Shown: positions 12,362-21,432 of the stretch, one piece after another | Position numbering within the stretch: position 1 is the first letter of the stretch | How the letters are laid out: each line of letters opens with the position of its first letter | From: an uncultured Actinomycetes bacterium | GTDB taxonomy: Bacteria > Actinomycetota > Thermoleophilia > Gaiellales > Gaiellaceae | Length of the DNA: 64,000 bases | Assembly: GCA_963850415.1 (NCBI GenBank) | Contig: CAWKLE010000002.1 | Location: 93,865 to 157,864 of the forward strand | Reading direction: 5' to 3' | Program-made: the position numbers and the translations under genes | The notes under the pieces: model-generated | The model's input: only the letters and a program-made list of their open reading frames with translations | Database searches by the model: none | What the model was told of the DNA's origin: nothing

Positions 12362-13242
12362 GACTCGGCCGCCCGATAGGCGACTGCGACCTCGGCCGCG
12401 AGCCGGGCGTTTGCGAGCACGAGCTCGCGGTTGACGTGGAGGGTTCGGCCGCCGCTTCGCTCGTGCAGGCGTCCGAGCACGAACGGCGTCACCGCCGGCC
12501 CGGTGACTCTCTGCTCGTCTGCCGCGGCCAGCGCCTCCTCGATCAACGGCTCCACGTCGTCGATGCTCTCGGGGGGCGGCTGGACGAGCAGGAGCGCCGA
12601 ATGGCGCTTTAGGCGCCAGTGCGTGCGCGCGAGCTCGGCCGCCTCCTCGGCGCTCTCGACTCGCGCCGGGAGCGGCGGTCCGCCGTGTGCGGTGTAGAAG
12701 AGAGGCAGCTCGTCCGTCCGTAGTCCGACGACCGGGATGCCGAGCGTCTCGAGAAGCTCCATGGTCGCCGGGACGTCGAGCAGCGACTTGATGCCTGACG
12801 AGACCACGAGCGCCTCTGTCCGCGCCAGCTCGCCGAGGTCGGCGGAGACGTCCATGCGGTCGCCCCGGTGCACGCCGCCGATGCCCCCCGTGCCGAGGAA
12901 TCCGATCCCTGCGGCACGGCAGGCGGCGAGCGTGCCGCCGACGGTCGTCGCACCCACAGCGTCCTGGACGACTGCGGCAGCGACGTCGCGCGGCCCCACC
13001 TTGCGCGCTTCGGGCGTGAACCGTTCGAGCTCGGAGTCCGAGAGCCCGACCCGGAGCGCGCCGTCGAGAACGCCCACGGTCGCCGGCACGGCGCCGGCGT
13101 CACGGACGGCCTGCGCCGACGCGAGACCCACCGCGAGGCCCTCGCCGGGCGGGAACCCGTGCGCGACGAGCGTCGTCTCGAGGGCAACCACGGCCCCCCG
13201 GCGGCGAAGCGCTTCCTCGACTTCCGTCGAGATTTCGATCAT
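12358..13242 (-). CDS. psuG: pseudouridine-5'-phosphate glycosidase
   Basis: Intact 294-aa ORF with ALETTLVAHGFP, GATTVGGT, FLGTGGIGGVHRG and VVSSGIKSLLD motifs typical of PsuG/YeiN. Confidence 0.85.
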   Translation of the reverse strand: MIEISTEVEEALRRRGAVVALETTLVAHGFPPGEGLAVGLASAQAVRDAGAVPATVGVLDGALRVGLSDSELERFTPEARKVGPRDVAAAVVQDAVGATTVGGTLAACRAAGIGFLGTGGIGGVHRGDRMDVSADLGELARTEALVVSSGIKSLLDVPATMELLETLGIPVVGLRTDELPLFYTAHGGPPLPARVESAEEAAELARTHWRLKRHSALLLVQPPPESIDDVEPLIEEALAAADEQRVTGPAVTPFVLGRLHERSGGRTLHVNRELVLANARLAAEVAVAYRAAES

Positions 13243-13267
13243 GCGCCCAATCTTCCCGGAAGCGACC

Positions 13268-13294
13268 CTCCGGGCGCTGTGTGGGCGCCCGGAG
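13268..13294 (-). terminator. strong intergenic hairpin (10-bp stem) between the secreted-protein gene and psuG
   Basis: CTCCGGGCGC (13268-13277), 7-nt loop, GCGCCCGGAG (13285-13294). No U-tract follows, so it could be an attenuator or processing site rather than a terminator. Confidence 0.3.
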
Positions 13295-13308
13295 AGTGCT
13301 TGATCCGA

Positions 13309-14379
13309 TCACGGAAGGTTCAGGGCCTTGACCCGCCCGCACGCGGCCCAGGCGACCCGCTTGCCCTCGATCGAGAGCCCGATCGGGGTGGCCGTCGCGC
13401 GCCACAGAACCGCGGTCTTACCCGCCCGGATCGCGTAGATCGTCCTGCCGACCCGGAAGACGATTCCGGCCGGGCTGATCGCGAGGTCGGAAGCGCCGGC
13501 CATCGTCGTCGCGCCCATGAGTTCGCCCTTCGGGGCGTTGTACCGCTCGATGACCGTCGTTCCGTCGGCCCGTCCCACGATCACCGCGAGGTTGGGCCAC
13601 GAGAGCGCCACGTCGCGAACCGTCCCTTGCGGAACGACACTGGCGAGCCGGCGGCCGGAGAGGTTGTAGACGTTGACCGGCCCGTTCGGCGCCGCTCCCC
13701 AATCGCCATTTTGTTCGTCCTTCAGCACCGCCGGGACGACTGCGACCCGGCCGACGGAGGCCGCGATCGCGTACGCCGGGGGAATGCCATGAATGTGAGG
13801 CGGGTACCACTTCCGGACGAAGCGATGGACTCCACCGTCCGCGAGTGACCAGCTGCCGTTCCCCGGCTCGTACGTCACTCTCGCATCTCCGTAGACGATT
13901 GTCTGTTCACCGTCAGCAGCTAGCCCGGTGAGGTACGTGCCGCCGAAGTCGGTCACACCCGGTGTGTCGACGATCGTCGGTTTCCTCTGACCCGGCTTCG
14001 ACGTGTAGATCCCCGCCTCACGGGTCATCACGCCTGCGTACTTGACCCAGACGGCCCTCTTGCCGCCGAGGACGAGCGTGGACGCACTCTGAGCTCCGAC
14101 CGCCCCTCCGACGCCTGCGTTGCCGAGCACCCAGCTACTCCGTCCGGACACGCTGCGGAGGTGGACGACGTAGTGGCGCCCACCGACCCAGGTGATGAAG
14201 TCGCCGTCCTGCGCGAACTTGTAGATCGGGCCGTGCTGGATGACGAGCGTGCGAGGCTTCGCCAGACGGACCGTCGCTCGAGTCGGCTCTGCACCGGCTG
14301 AGGCCGCGATGAGCAGGCCGACGAGCGCCACGAGCATCGCGTACCAACCGCTTGCTCGGGTGTGCGGTTGCCTTGTCAT
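13309..14379 (-). CDS. secreted/membrane-anchored hypothetical protein (beta-rich)
   Basis: ATG 14379 is preceded by AAAGGGG. The N-terminus is MTRQPHTRASGWYAMLVALVGLLIAASAGA (signal/anchor). 356 aa, high GC3, no family recognised. Confidence 0.6.
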   Translation of the reverse strand: MTRQPHTRASGWYAMLVALVGLLIAASAGAEPTRATVRLAKPRTLVIQHGPIYKFAQDGDFITWVGGRHYVVHLRSVSGRSSWVLGNAGVGGAVGAQSASTLVLGGKRAVWVKYAGVMTREAGIYTSKPGQRKPTIVDTPGVTDFGGTYLTGLAADGEQTIVYGDARVTYEPGNGSWSLADGGVHRFVRKWYPPHIHGIPPAYAIAASVGRVAVVPAVLKDEQNGDWGAAPNGPVNVYNLSGRRLASVVPQGTVRDVALSWPNLAVIVGRADGTTVIERYNAPKGELMGATTMAGASDLAISPAGIVFRVGRTIYAIRAGKTAVLWRATATPIGLSIEGKRVAWAACGRVKALNLP

Positions 14380-14499
14380 TGCTTTCACCCCTTTGCGTAA
14401 ATGCTCGCCGAGCGCGTCTGGAACCACATCGGGACCGGCCCTGAACCCCCAGTGGGTGAGTACCGAGCCCGCTTTCCTTACAACCTTGACCCGTCTTGG

Positions 14500-15315
14500 T
14501 CAGATGCCCTGCGCGGGCATTGCGCCGAGCTGGGCGACGCATCGAGCCGCAGCCTGTGCCGCGAGCTCCGGGCCGCCGAGGAGGTAGCCGGCCGCGAGCG
14601 CGTCTCCTGCTCCGGTCGTGTCGACGACCTCGGCAGGTGCGGCCGCGTAGTCGGCGGCGTCGACGCTGAACCCCTCGCCACCGCGCTTGAGCACGAGCGT
14701 CCCCGGGACCTCTCCTCCGATCGCGGCCAGCTCGCCCTCGTTCGCGAACACGAGCTCGGGGCCGAGCAGCTCGAGCCGCGAGAGCAGCTTCTCCGGCCCG
14801 TACTCGGCGATCCCGGACGCAGATGCGAGGTCGAGGCTCACCCGGCCTCCCTGAGCCTGCACCGCCCCCGCGGCTTTCGCGGCAGCCTCCTCGATCGGTC
14901 GCCGCAGCAGCGAATAGCCGGACAGGTGCAGCCAGTCGCAGCCGCCGAACCAGCGCACGTCGAGCTCCTCCGCGCGCAGTCCGGGAGCGACGCCGCGGTC
15001 GGTGAGCATCGTTCGGCTGCCGTCCGTCGAGACGAGCGAGACGACGACGCCGTTTCGCCCCTCCTCGACGGGGCCGAGCAGCTCGACACCGTGCCCACGG
15101 AGCTCGTTCCCTGCCAGCTCGCCTGCAACGTCCGAGCCGCGCTTCCCGACGAACCGCGCCTCCGCGCCGAGCTCGGACGCCCAGGCTGCGACGTTCGCCG
15201 CCTGTCCGCCGGCGCCGACTCGCGTCTCGGCCGCTCCCTCGCTCTCGGCGCCGCTCGTGCCGGTCGTGCGGACGACGACGTCGAGCAGCAGATCGCCAAG
15301 GGCGCAGAGGCGCAT
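14500..15315 (-). CDS. PfkB-family carbohydrate/nucleoside kinase (possible pseudouridine kinase)
   Basis: MRLCALGDLLLDVVV..., GGQAANVA and DTTGAGDA (PfkB signature) are present. It lies near psuG. The track ORF starts 10 codons upstream. Confidence 0.75.
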   Translation of the reverse strand: MRLCALGDLLLDVVVRTTGTSGAESEGAAETRVGAGGQAANVAAWASELGAEARFVGKRGSDVAGELAGNELRGHGVELLGPVEEGRNGVVVSLVSTDGSRTMLTDRGVAPGLRAEELDVRWFGGCDWLHLSGYSLLRRPIEEAAAKAAGAVQAQGGRVSLDLASASGIAEYGPEKLLSRLELLGPELVFANEGELAAIGGEVPGTLVLKRGGEGFSVDAADYAAAPAEVVDTTGAGDALAAGYLLGGPELAAQAAARCVAQLGAMPAQGI

Positions 15316-15353
15316 CGTCAGGATCGTTTCACGAGCCGCGTACAATCGCGGCC

Positions 15354-15584
15354 ATGGACGGCGCCGATCGGCGGCCGGAGCGGCTCCGCTCGTTTCTCGT
15401 CGGCGGCCTGATCGGCGCGTCGGCGGTGATCGCGACTGCGCGTCGACGGCGCCGAGCCCGGGCGCGCCGCGCCGCGCCGCACGCCGCGGGGCTTGCCGCG
15501 TTCGAGGACGCGCCCTGCCACCAGGAGACGGTCGAGCGCGAAGCCGCTAGCGCTCGAGCGCCGAAAGAGCCTGGTCGGCGGTGA
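15354..15584 (+). CDS. small hypothetical protein with one TM segment, possibly leaderless
   Basis: TACAAT (15341-15346) lies 7 nt before ATG 15354. The 76-aa product is MDGADRRPERLRSFLVGGLIGASAVIATARRRR.... The 3' end overlaps the convergent GT39 gene. Confidence 0.3.
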   Translation: MDGADRRPERLRSFLVGGLIGASAVIATARRRRRARARRAAPHAAGLAAFEDAPCHQETVEREAASARAPKEPGRR

Positions 15585-17169
15585 GCAGGTTCACGTCCGC
15601 GTCGCCGCTGCCGAGCGACCTCCCGAGGATCTGGGCCTGCCGTGTCTCGAGCAGGAACTCCATCGGCGTCCGCGTCGGCTGCTTGCTGCGGATGACGAGG
15701 AACGGCCCGAAGGCGCGCGCATCGAAGACCGACCTGGGATTCGGGTAGCGCAGCGGAATCGTCAGCTTCTGCGTGAAGTTGTTGGTGTCGCTCGCGTCGA
15801 AGACCCAGACACCGCGGCCGAGCGTGTGGGCCTCCCGGAGTGACCTCAGCGCGAGCTTGGGGTCCGCCCGGGGGATCACGGTCTCCGGGAACCCTGAGCG
15901 GTCTCGCTGCCAGCCTCCGAGGTAGAGCGGGTCGTACCCGAAGAGGACGTCGTCGGGTTGGGCGGTCCGCGCGAGCCAGTCGGACCCTGCCTCGCGAGCC
16001 TCGACTCGCGTTCCGGGCTCGCCTTCGTACAGCGGAGCCGTCTTGTCCCAGCCCCATGCGACCTCCGCGCTCATCAGGAGGACGAGCGTGGCGACGAGCA
16101 CCGGCGTCCGCTTGCGCGAGAGGTCGATCAGCCCGAGCGCGACGAGCAGCGCGAAGAACGGCAGCACGAAGATCAGGTGGCGCGACTCGGGCGACGTCGA
16201 CTGGCCGAACCGCGCGAGGACGAACGCCGCGGTCGGCACGAGCACGACGCACGCCGTCAGCAGAGCCGCGTCGCGGTTCCGGAGCCACAGCGCACGTGCG
16301 CCGACGACCGCGACGACGAGGACGGCGATCACGATCGGCGTGAAGCCAGCCGTGAAATCGCCCGCGACCCGGTAGAGGTACGCGAGCACCGCGCCCGGCC
16401 CGTCGAGCTTCTGCCCACCCGTCCCGACGCCGACGTCGAAGCGGCCGGCGAGGACGTGGTCGCTGTACCAGAAGGGCGACCCGAGGACGGCGACGGCGGC
16501 GATCGCGACGAACGCCGTCCGCGTGCGCGCGCGCGCGAGTACATAGACGACCTGCGTGGCGAGCACGAGGGCTCCGTAGGGGTGCGTCGCGACCGTCGCC
16601 AGGATCGCGACCGCCCACAGCGCCCAGCGCCGCCAGCCTCCCGTCGCGACCGCGGCCAGGAAGGCGAGGTACGAGAGCGCGCTCGTGAGCAGGAAGAGGC
16701 TGTACATCCGCCCGTAGATCCCGTGGAAGAGGAGCATCCAGCTCGCCGAGACGAGGGCGATGGTCACGAGCGCCGCAGTCCGCCCGGCGAGTCGTGCGCC
16801 GAGGAGCGCCACGACCGGAATCGACGCGACCGCGAACAGCGCCGAGAAGAGCCGCAGACCGACGAGGCTGCCGCCCAGGTGGGCCACGATCCACGCGAAG
16901 AGAAAATGGAGCGGCGCGCCGCCGCGCTCGGTCTGGACGGTCTTGAACAGCCCGCCCAGCGACTTGCGGCCGACGAAGAGCGCGAGCGTCTCGTCCTCGT
17001 GCGGCGGCCAGGCGGTCAGACGCGCGAGCAAGAACACTGCGACGGCCGTCGTGCACCCGCTGACGCCGAGCCAGAACGTCCTTAGGCCGAGCTCGGCCGC
17101 GGGCTCCGCGAAGGCGCGGGCGTAGGGCTCTGGCCGGCCCGGCGACACCTCACTCGTTCGCGTTGCCAA
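15547..17169 (-). CDS. GT39/ArnT-like membrane glycosyltransferase (PMT family)
   Basis: Intact 540-aa ORF with about 10 TM helices in the N-terminal two thirds and a soluble C-terminal domain. The WPPHEDETL loop motif near the first helix is typical of GT-C enzymes. Confidence 0.7.
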   Translation of the reverse strand: MATRTSEVSPGRPEPYARAFAEPAAELGLRTFWLGVSGCTTAVAVFLLARLTAWPPHEDETLALFVGRKSLGGLFKTVQTERGGAPLHFLFAWIVAHLGGSLVGLRLFSALFAVASIPVVALLGARLAGRTAALVTIALVSASWMLLFHGIYGRMYSLFLLTSALSYLAFLAAVATGGWRRWALWAVAILATVATHPYGALVLATQVVYVLARARTRTAFVAIAAVAVLGSPFWYSDHVLAGRFDVGVGTGGQKLDGPGAVLAYLYRVAGDFTAGFTPIVIAVLVVAVVGARALWLRNRDAALLTACVVLVPTAAFVLARFGQSTSPESRHLIFVLPFFALLVALGLIDLSRKRTPVLVATLVLLMSAEVAWGWDKTAPLYEGEPGTRVEAREAGSDWLARTAQPDDVLFGYDPLYLGGWQRDRSGFPETVIPRADPKLALRSLREAHTLGRGVWVFDASDTNNFTQKLTIPLRYPNPRSVFDARAFGPFLVIRSKQPTRTPMEFLLETRQAQILGRSLGSGDADVNLLTADQALSALER

Positions 17170-17236
17170 GGGCGCGAAGCTAGCACGGGAATCGAATCGG
17201 GGAGTGTCGCCTGGGGGCGAAGCTAAGCTCCGTCTG

Positions 17237-17542
17237 GTGCCGATTTACGAATACAAGTGCCCGAAAGGGCATGTCTTCGAGGTCTTCCAGAGGATGACCG
17301 ACGACCCGGCGGAGGTCTGCGAAGTCTGCGGCGAGAGCCCTGTCCAGCGGGTCCTGTACCCGGTCGCGGTCCATTTCAAGGGCTCCGGCTTCTACTCGAC
17401 CGATTACGGCCGGGGCTCGCGCAAGTCCTCGCGCGACGGCGACAAGCAGAGCGAATCGTCCGGCGACAAGGGTGACAAGGGCGACAAGGGTGACAAGGGC
17501 GAGAAGAAGGACAAGGACGTCAAGAAGGTGGCCGAGAGCTAG
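17237..17542 (+). CDS. FmdB-family zinc-ribbon protein with (GDK)n tail
   Basis: (V)PIYEYKCPKGHVFEVFQRM...CEVCG matches the CxxC..CxxC FmdB pattern. Start GTG 17237 lies inside track ORF 17204..17542. Confidence 0.8.
   Translation: MPIYEYKCPKGHVFEVFQRMTDDPAEVCEVCGESPVQRVLYPVAVHFKGSGFYSTDYGRGSRKSSRDGDKQSESSGDKGDKGDKGDKGEKKDKDVKKVAES
17462..17506 (+). repeat. five tandem 9-nt coding repeats (GGYGACAAG, Gly-Asp-Lys)
   Basis: Read directly as ggcgacaag ggtgacaag ggcgacaag ggtgacaag ggcgagaag. The repeats are in frame within the FmdB-like gene. Confidence 0.85.
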
Positions 17543-17551
17543 GAGGGCCGT

Positions 17552-18712
17552 CTACGGGCAGCCCGAGCCGTACGTCGAGCCGGGCAGGGGCGGCTGCGGC
17601 GCCGAGCGGCCGAGGAACGCCGCGATCGTCCGCCGGGCCTCCTCGTCCGGCTGCAGGTAGCCGCCGCCGAATCCGGTCGGCGTTCCACCGAGCCGGCAGT
17701 GAAGCTCGTTCCCGCTCCGCTTCTTGACGAGGGCGAGCTGCATCATCTGACCGGCCGTGAGGTCGGTCGTCAGCGGCTTCATCACGTCGTCTCCGATCCA
17801 CGGCAGCTTGACCAGCACGCCGAGGCCCGTCAGCTTCCCGAGCAGCGCCTGGATCACCGCCTGCTGGCGCTCGGTACGGGTGACGTCGCTCTCCCGCGGG
17901 TTCAGCTTGTTCTCGCGGATCCGCGAGTAGACGCGGGCGCGATGCCCGTCCATGTGCTGCATGCCCTTCGCGAAGCGCCAGCCCTGCCAGCGGTCACAGC
18001 GCGCCTGGGTCGAATAGGGGCAGTCGAACTTGTTCGAGAGGATCGGCGCGGGCACGTTGATGTCCACGCCGCCGACCTTGTCGATCACCTTCGTGAAGGC
18101 GTCGAAGTCGACGATCACGACGTGGTTGACCTCGACGTCCGTGAAGCCGCGGACGGTCTTGATCGCGAGCGCAGGCCCGCCGATCTGGAACGCGGAGTTG
18201 ATCTTGTCGTAGCCGTGCCCGGGGACGTTGACGCGGAGATCGCGCGGGATCGAGAGGTAGTTGAGGCGGCCCTTGCCCGGGTCGGTCCGCAGCAGCATCA
18301 TCGAGTCCGAGCGCTCGAAGCTCGTCCGGTACCCGATCTTCGAGGAGTGGTCGGTGCCGAGCAGGAGGATCACGCTCGGATGCGTGAGCATGAGCCCGCT
18401 CTGAGGCACGAGGGCGGCTTTCGCCGAGGTGGGCAGCCGCTTGTTCGCGGCCTTCGCGCCGCTGTGCAGGGAGAGGTAGCTCGCGACGCCCCAGACGAGC
18501 ACGAGGACGAGGAAGGACGCGAGGCCGATCCCGATCCAGCGCCCCCAGTTGCGCTCGCGCTTCGTCTTCGGCTGCTTGGGCCCCGGGCCCTTGAACCGGT
18601 CCGGCCGGCGGTCGGTCCGGGCCGGTGCGCGTTCCGGCGCGCCGAGCGTCGGCACTCGCCCCTTGACGCGACCTCCTCGGTAGACGCGATAGGGCTTCTC
18701 TCCTTGCGCCAT
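17552..18712 (-). CDS. LytR-CpsA-Psr (LCP) family cell-envelope phosphotransferase
   Basis: ATG 18712 (MAQGEKPYRVY...), one TM, then LLLGTDHS...RSDSMMLLR...LSIPRDL...DKINSAF...VNHVVIVDF. The upstream part of track ORF 17552..19645 is the antisense shadow of the ROK gene. Confidence 0.85.
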   Translation of the reverse strand: MAQGEKPYRVYRGGRVKGRVPTLGAPERAPARTDRRPDRFKGPGPKQPKTKRERNWGRWIGIGLASFLVLVLVWGVASYLSLHSGAKAANKRLPTSAKAALVPQSGLMLTHPSVILLLGTDHSSKIGYRTSFERSDSMMLLRTDPGKGRLNYLSIPRDLRVNVPGHGYDKINSAFQIGGPALAIKTVRGFTDVEVNHVVIVDFDAFTKVIDKVGGVDINVPAPILSNKFDCPYSTQARCDRWQGWRFAKGMQHMDGHRARVYSRIRENKLNPRESDVTRTERQQAVIQALLGKLTGLGVLVKLPWIGDDVMKPLTTDLTAGQMMQLALVKKRSGNELHCRLGGTPTGFGGGYLQPDEEARRTIAAFLGRSAPQPPLPGSTYGSGCP

Positions 18713-18733
18713 TCGGCGGCGTATCGTAGCCGC

Positions 18734-19633
18734 GTGGCAGAGCTGGCCATCGGTATCGACGTCGGCGGGACGAAGATCGCGGCCGGGGTGATTGACCGCG
18801 ACGGTCAGATCCAACGGCGGATCGAGCGGCCCACGCCCACCGAGTCCCGCGACGAGTTCCTCGAGCTGCTCGACGAGATCGTCGACCAGCTTCGGGTCGA
18901 GCGCGTGGCCGCGATCGGCTTCGGGCTCCCGTCGACGATCGACCAGCGCACCGGTCGCGTCGTCGGCTCGGTCCACGTACCGCTCGCCGACTTTGACTTT
19001 CGCGACCATGCCGCCGAGCGCTACTCCGTCCCGGTCGCGCTGGACAACGACGGCAACGCGGCCGCGATCGCCGAGTGGAAGATCGGCGCGGGGAAGGGCT
19101 CGAGCCACATGGTCATGCTCACGCTGGGGACGGGCGTCGGCGGCGGGCTGATCCTCGACGGCAAGCCGTATCGCGGCTACGTCGGAGCCAGCGCCGAAAT
19201 CGGGCACATGGTGCTCGAGTACGGCGGCGCGCCGTGCAGCGGCAACTGCACGGGACATGGCCATTTCGAGCAGGTTTCGTCGGGCGGTGCCGCGGATCGG
19301 AGGGCCGTGGAGCTGCTCGGCCCCGACGCAACCGGCCGCGAGCTCGTCGGCGCAGCGCGCGCGGGGAACCAGGAGGCGCTGGAGGCGATCCGCGACATCG
19401 GGCGCAAGCTCGGCGCGGCTCTCGGCTCGCTGGTCAACGTCTTCAACCCCGAGGTGATCGTGATCGGAGGCGGGTTCAGCCAGGCCCGCGACCTCTTCCT
19501 CGAGCCCGCGCTGGAGACGATGAAGGTCGAAGCGCTCGCTCCGGGCCGGGATCTCGTCCGGGTCGTTCCGGCGCTGCTCGGCCCCGATGCAGGCCTCGTC
19601 GGAGCGGGGTTCGTCGGGTTCGAGGCGCTCTAG
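18734..19633 (+). CDS. ROK family glucokinase-like sugar kinase
   Basis: GTG 18734; LAIGIDVGGTKIAAGV, DNDGNAAAIAE, GTGVGGG and GHM...C.G.C.GHGH zinc motif. It is divergent from the LCP gene with only a 21-nt spacer. Confidence 0.85.
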   Translation: MAELAIGIDVGGTKIAAGVIDRDGQIQRRIERPTPTESRDEFLELLDEIVDQLRVERVAAIGFGLPSTIDQRTGRVVGSVHVPLADFDFRDHAAERYSVPVALDNDGNAAAIAEWKIGAGKGSSHMVMLTLGTGVGGGLILDGKPYRGYVGASAEIGHMVLEYGGAPCSGNCTGHGHFEQVSSGGAADRRAVELLGPDATGRELVGAARAGNQEALEAIRDIGRKLGAALGSLVNVFNPEVIVIGGGFSQARDLFLEPALETMKVEALAPGRDLVRVVPALLGPDAGLVGAGFVGFEAL

Positions 19634-19635
19634 GT

Positions 19636-20436
19636 TTGCTCGCAATCTGCGCGACGCCGATCGGGAACCTCGAGGACGTGACGCTGCGCGTGCTCCGCGA
19701 GCTGGCGGAGGCGGATCTCGTCCTCTGCGAGGACACGCGGCGGACGAAGGTCTTGCTCGAGCGCCACGGAATCGACGCGAAGCTCCTCAGCTACCACGAG
19801 CACAACGAGGCTGAGCGGACCGCGCAGCTGCTTCCTCGGCTCGAGGCCGGCGAGCGGATCGCGCTTGCCTCGGATGCGGGGCTGCCCGGGGTCAGCGATC
19901 CGGGCGCGCGCCTGATCGAAGCGGCGCTGGAGGCGGGACTGCAGGTGACGGTGCTACCGGGGCCGTCCGCGGTGGAGACGGCGCTCGTCGCGAGCGGGCT
20001 CGTCGGCGAGCGGTACCAGTTCCTCGGGTACCTGCCGCGGACCGAGAACGCTCGAGCGGCGCTCTGGAGCGAGCTCGCCGCCTGGCCGCACTCGGCCGTC
20101 GCGTTCGAGTCTCCACGCAGGCTGCCGGCCAGCCTTCGCTCGCTCGCCGTCGCGCTGCCGGAGCGGCCGGTCGCGGTGTGCCGTGAACTGACCAAACGCT
20201 TCGAGGAGGTCGCGCGCGGGACCGCCTCGGAAATCGCTGAGCGGTTCCCGGAGCCTCCCCGTGGCGAGATCACCGTCGTCGTCGGCCCAGGAGAGTTGGA
20301 GCGCGCGGCCGAGGCGGACGCGCTCGCCGCGGTCTCGGAGCTCGTCGCGGCCGGCGTCGGCCGGCGGACCGCCGCCGATCTCGTCGCGCGCCTGACCCGG
20401 CACTCGCGCAACCGCCTCTACCGCGCCTCGCTGTAA
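19636..20436 (+). CDS. rsmI: 16S rRNA (cytidine1402-2'-O)-methyltransferase
   Basis: TTG 19636; (M)LAICATPIGNLEDVTLRVLRELAEADLVLCEDTR, SDAGLPGVSDPG and CRELTKRFEE are present. Confidence 0.85.
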   Translation: MLAICATPIGNLEDVTLRVLRELAEADLVLCEDTRRTKVLLERHGIDAKLLSYHEHNEAERTAQLLPRLEAGERIALASDAGLPGVSDPGARLIEAALEAGLQVTVLPGPSAVETALVASGLVGERYQFLGYLPRTENARAALWSELAAWPHSAVAFESPRRLPASLRSLAVALPERPVAVCRELTKRFEEVARGTASEIAERFPEPPRGEITVVVGPGELERAAEADALAAVSELVAAGVGRRTAADLVARLTRHSRNRLYRASL

Positions 20437-20442
20437 CCTGAT

Positions 20443-20471
20443 TTGACAACAGCCGAGCGCCACGGTACTCT
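20443..20471 (+). promoter_or_regulatory. near-consensus promoter driving a leaderless transcript of the M23 peptidase gene
   Basis: TTGACA (20443-20448), 17-nt spacer, TACTCT (20466-20471). The ATG at 20478 lies 6 nt after the -10 and there is no SD. Confidence 0.55.
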
Positions 20472-20477
20472 GGCCGC

Positions 20478-21234
20478 ATGGTTTGCAGATCAGGCAACAT
20501 CCTCCTCGCAGCGCTGATCTCCGCGCTCGTGCTCTCGCCGGGAGCTTCGGCGTGGGCGTGGCCCGTTGCCGGGCCCGTGCTGAGACCATTCGTCTCAGAC
20601 GGCGAGCCGTACGGGGGCGGGCAGCATCGCGGGATCGACATCGGCGCTCCGATGGGCTCGGACGTCCGGTCGGCCACGAGCGGGGTCGTCGCCTTCGCGG
20701 GGCGACTGCCGCGACAAGGGTTGTGTCTGACGGTTCGGACTGCGGACGGCTGGTCGGTGACGCTCGTCCACCTGGGCTCGATCGGGGTGACCGTGGGAAC
20801 CCAGGTCGGCGAGGGCGACGTCGTGGGCACGATCGGCCCGAGCGGCGAGCCCGAGGGAACGGAGCCGTACGTCTACCTGGGCATCCGCCTCACCGCGGAC
20901 CCGAACGGCTACGTCGACCCCGTGACGCTTCTGCCTCCCCGACAGCCGCCGGAGCAGCCACCCCCGGTGCAGCAACCGCCGCCGGTGCAGGCTGCGGCTC
21001 CGCCCGTAGCCGCGCGGCGCGCGGTTCCATCACGCCACGCGCCCCGTCGGTACGCGGCGCCGGAACAGGGCCGAGCGGCGGATCGATCCGCGGTGAAGCC
21101 GCGAGTTGCGGCCCGGAAGCAGGCAAGCACGGCGACGACTCCTCGTACCCCTGGTGTGCGAGCACAGAATGTTCGACATCCGCGAGCTCGAGCCCGTGGT
21201 CGTGCTCATGCCTCTCGCGCTCGGACTCGCGTGA
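20478..21234 (+). CDS. secreted M23 (LytM-type) metallopeptidase with Pro-rich linker; 3' end uncertain
   Basis: The signal peptide MVCRSGNILLAALISALVLSPGASAWA is followed by GQHRGIDIGAP...V.FAG......TVRTADGWSVTLVHLG. As sequenced the frame stays open to 21725, but the codon-position GC pattern moves to another frame near 21137, and that frame stops at 21232-21234. Confidence 0.6.
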
Positions 21235-21432
21235 ACCGGACGCGAGCGCGCGAACCGCGGGCGCTCCGCGGCGCAGCGGACCTGCGCCGTCCTCCCGCCG
21301 CGACGATGCCCGTGGTTCCCGTCGCGCGGGTGCGGCCGACGCGTTCGAGGCGGCTGCTCCTGGTCCCTCTCGGCGCGGTCGGCCTCGTGCTCGTGGCGCT
21401 CGGCGTCGCCGGCCGGCGACGTCACCGGCGCC

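Noticed and set aside
15329-17056. 575-aa minus-strand ORF overlapping the glycosyltransferase gene
   Set aside because: It is an Arg-rich off-frame shadow of the GT39 gene (15547..17169), which has the proper hydrophobic TM pattern.
17462-17506. Short tandem repeats as a possible CRISPR or minisatellite; similar repeats occur at 29480-29575 (EGEEAP) and 20950-20995 (PPPVQ)
   Set aside because: The units are 9-18 nt, in frame, inside genes, and encode low-complexity protein tails. There are no spacers and no cas genes.
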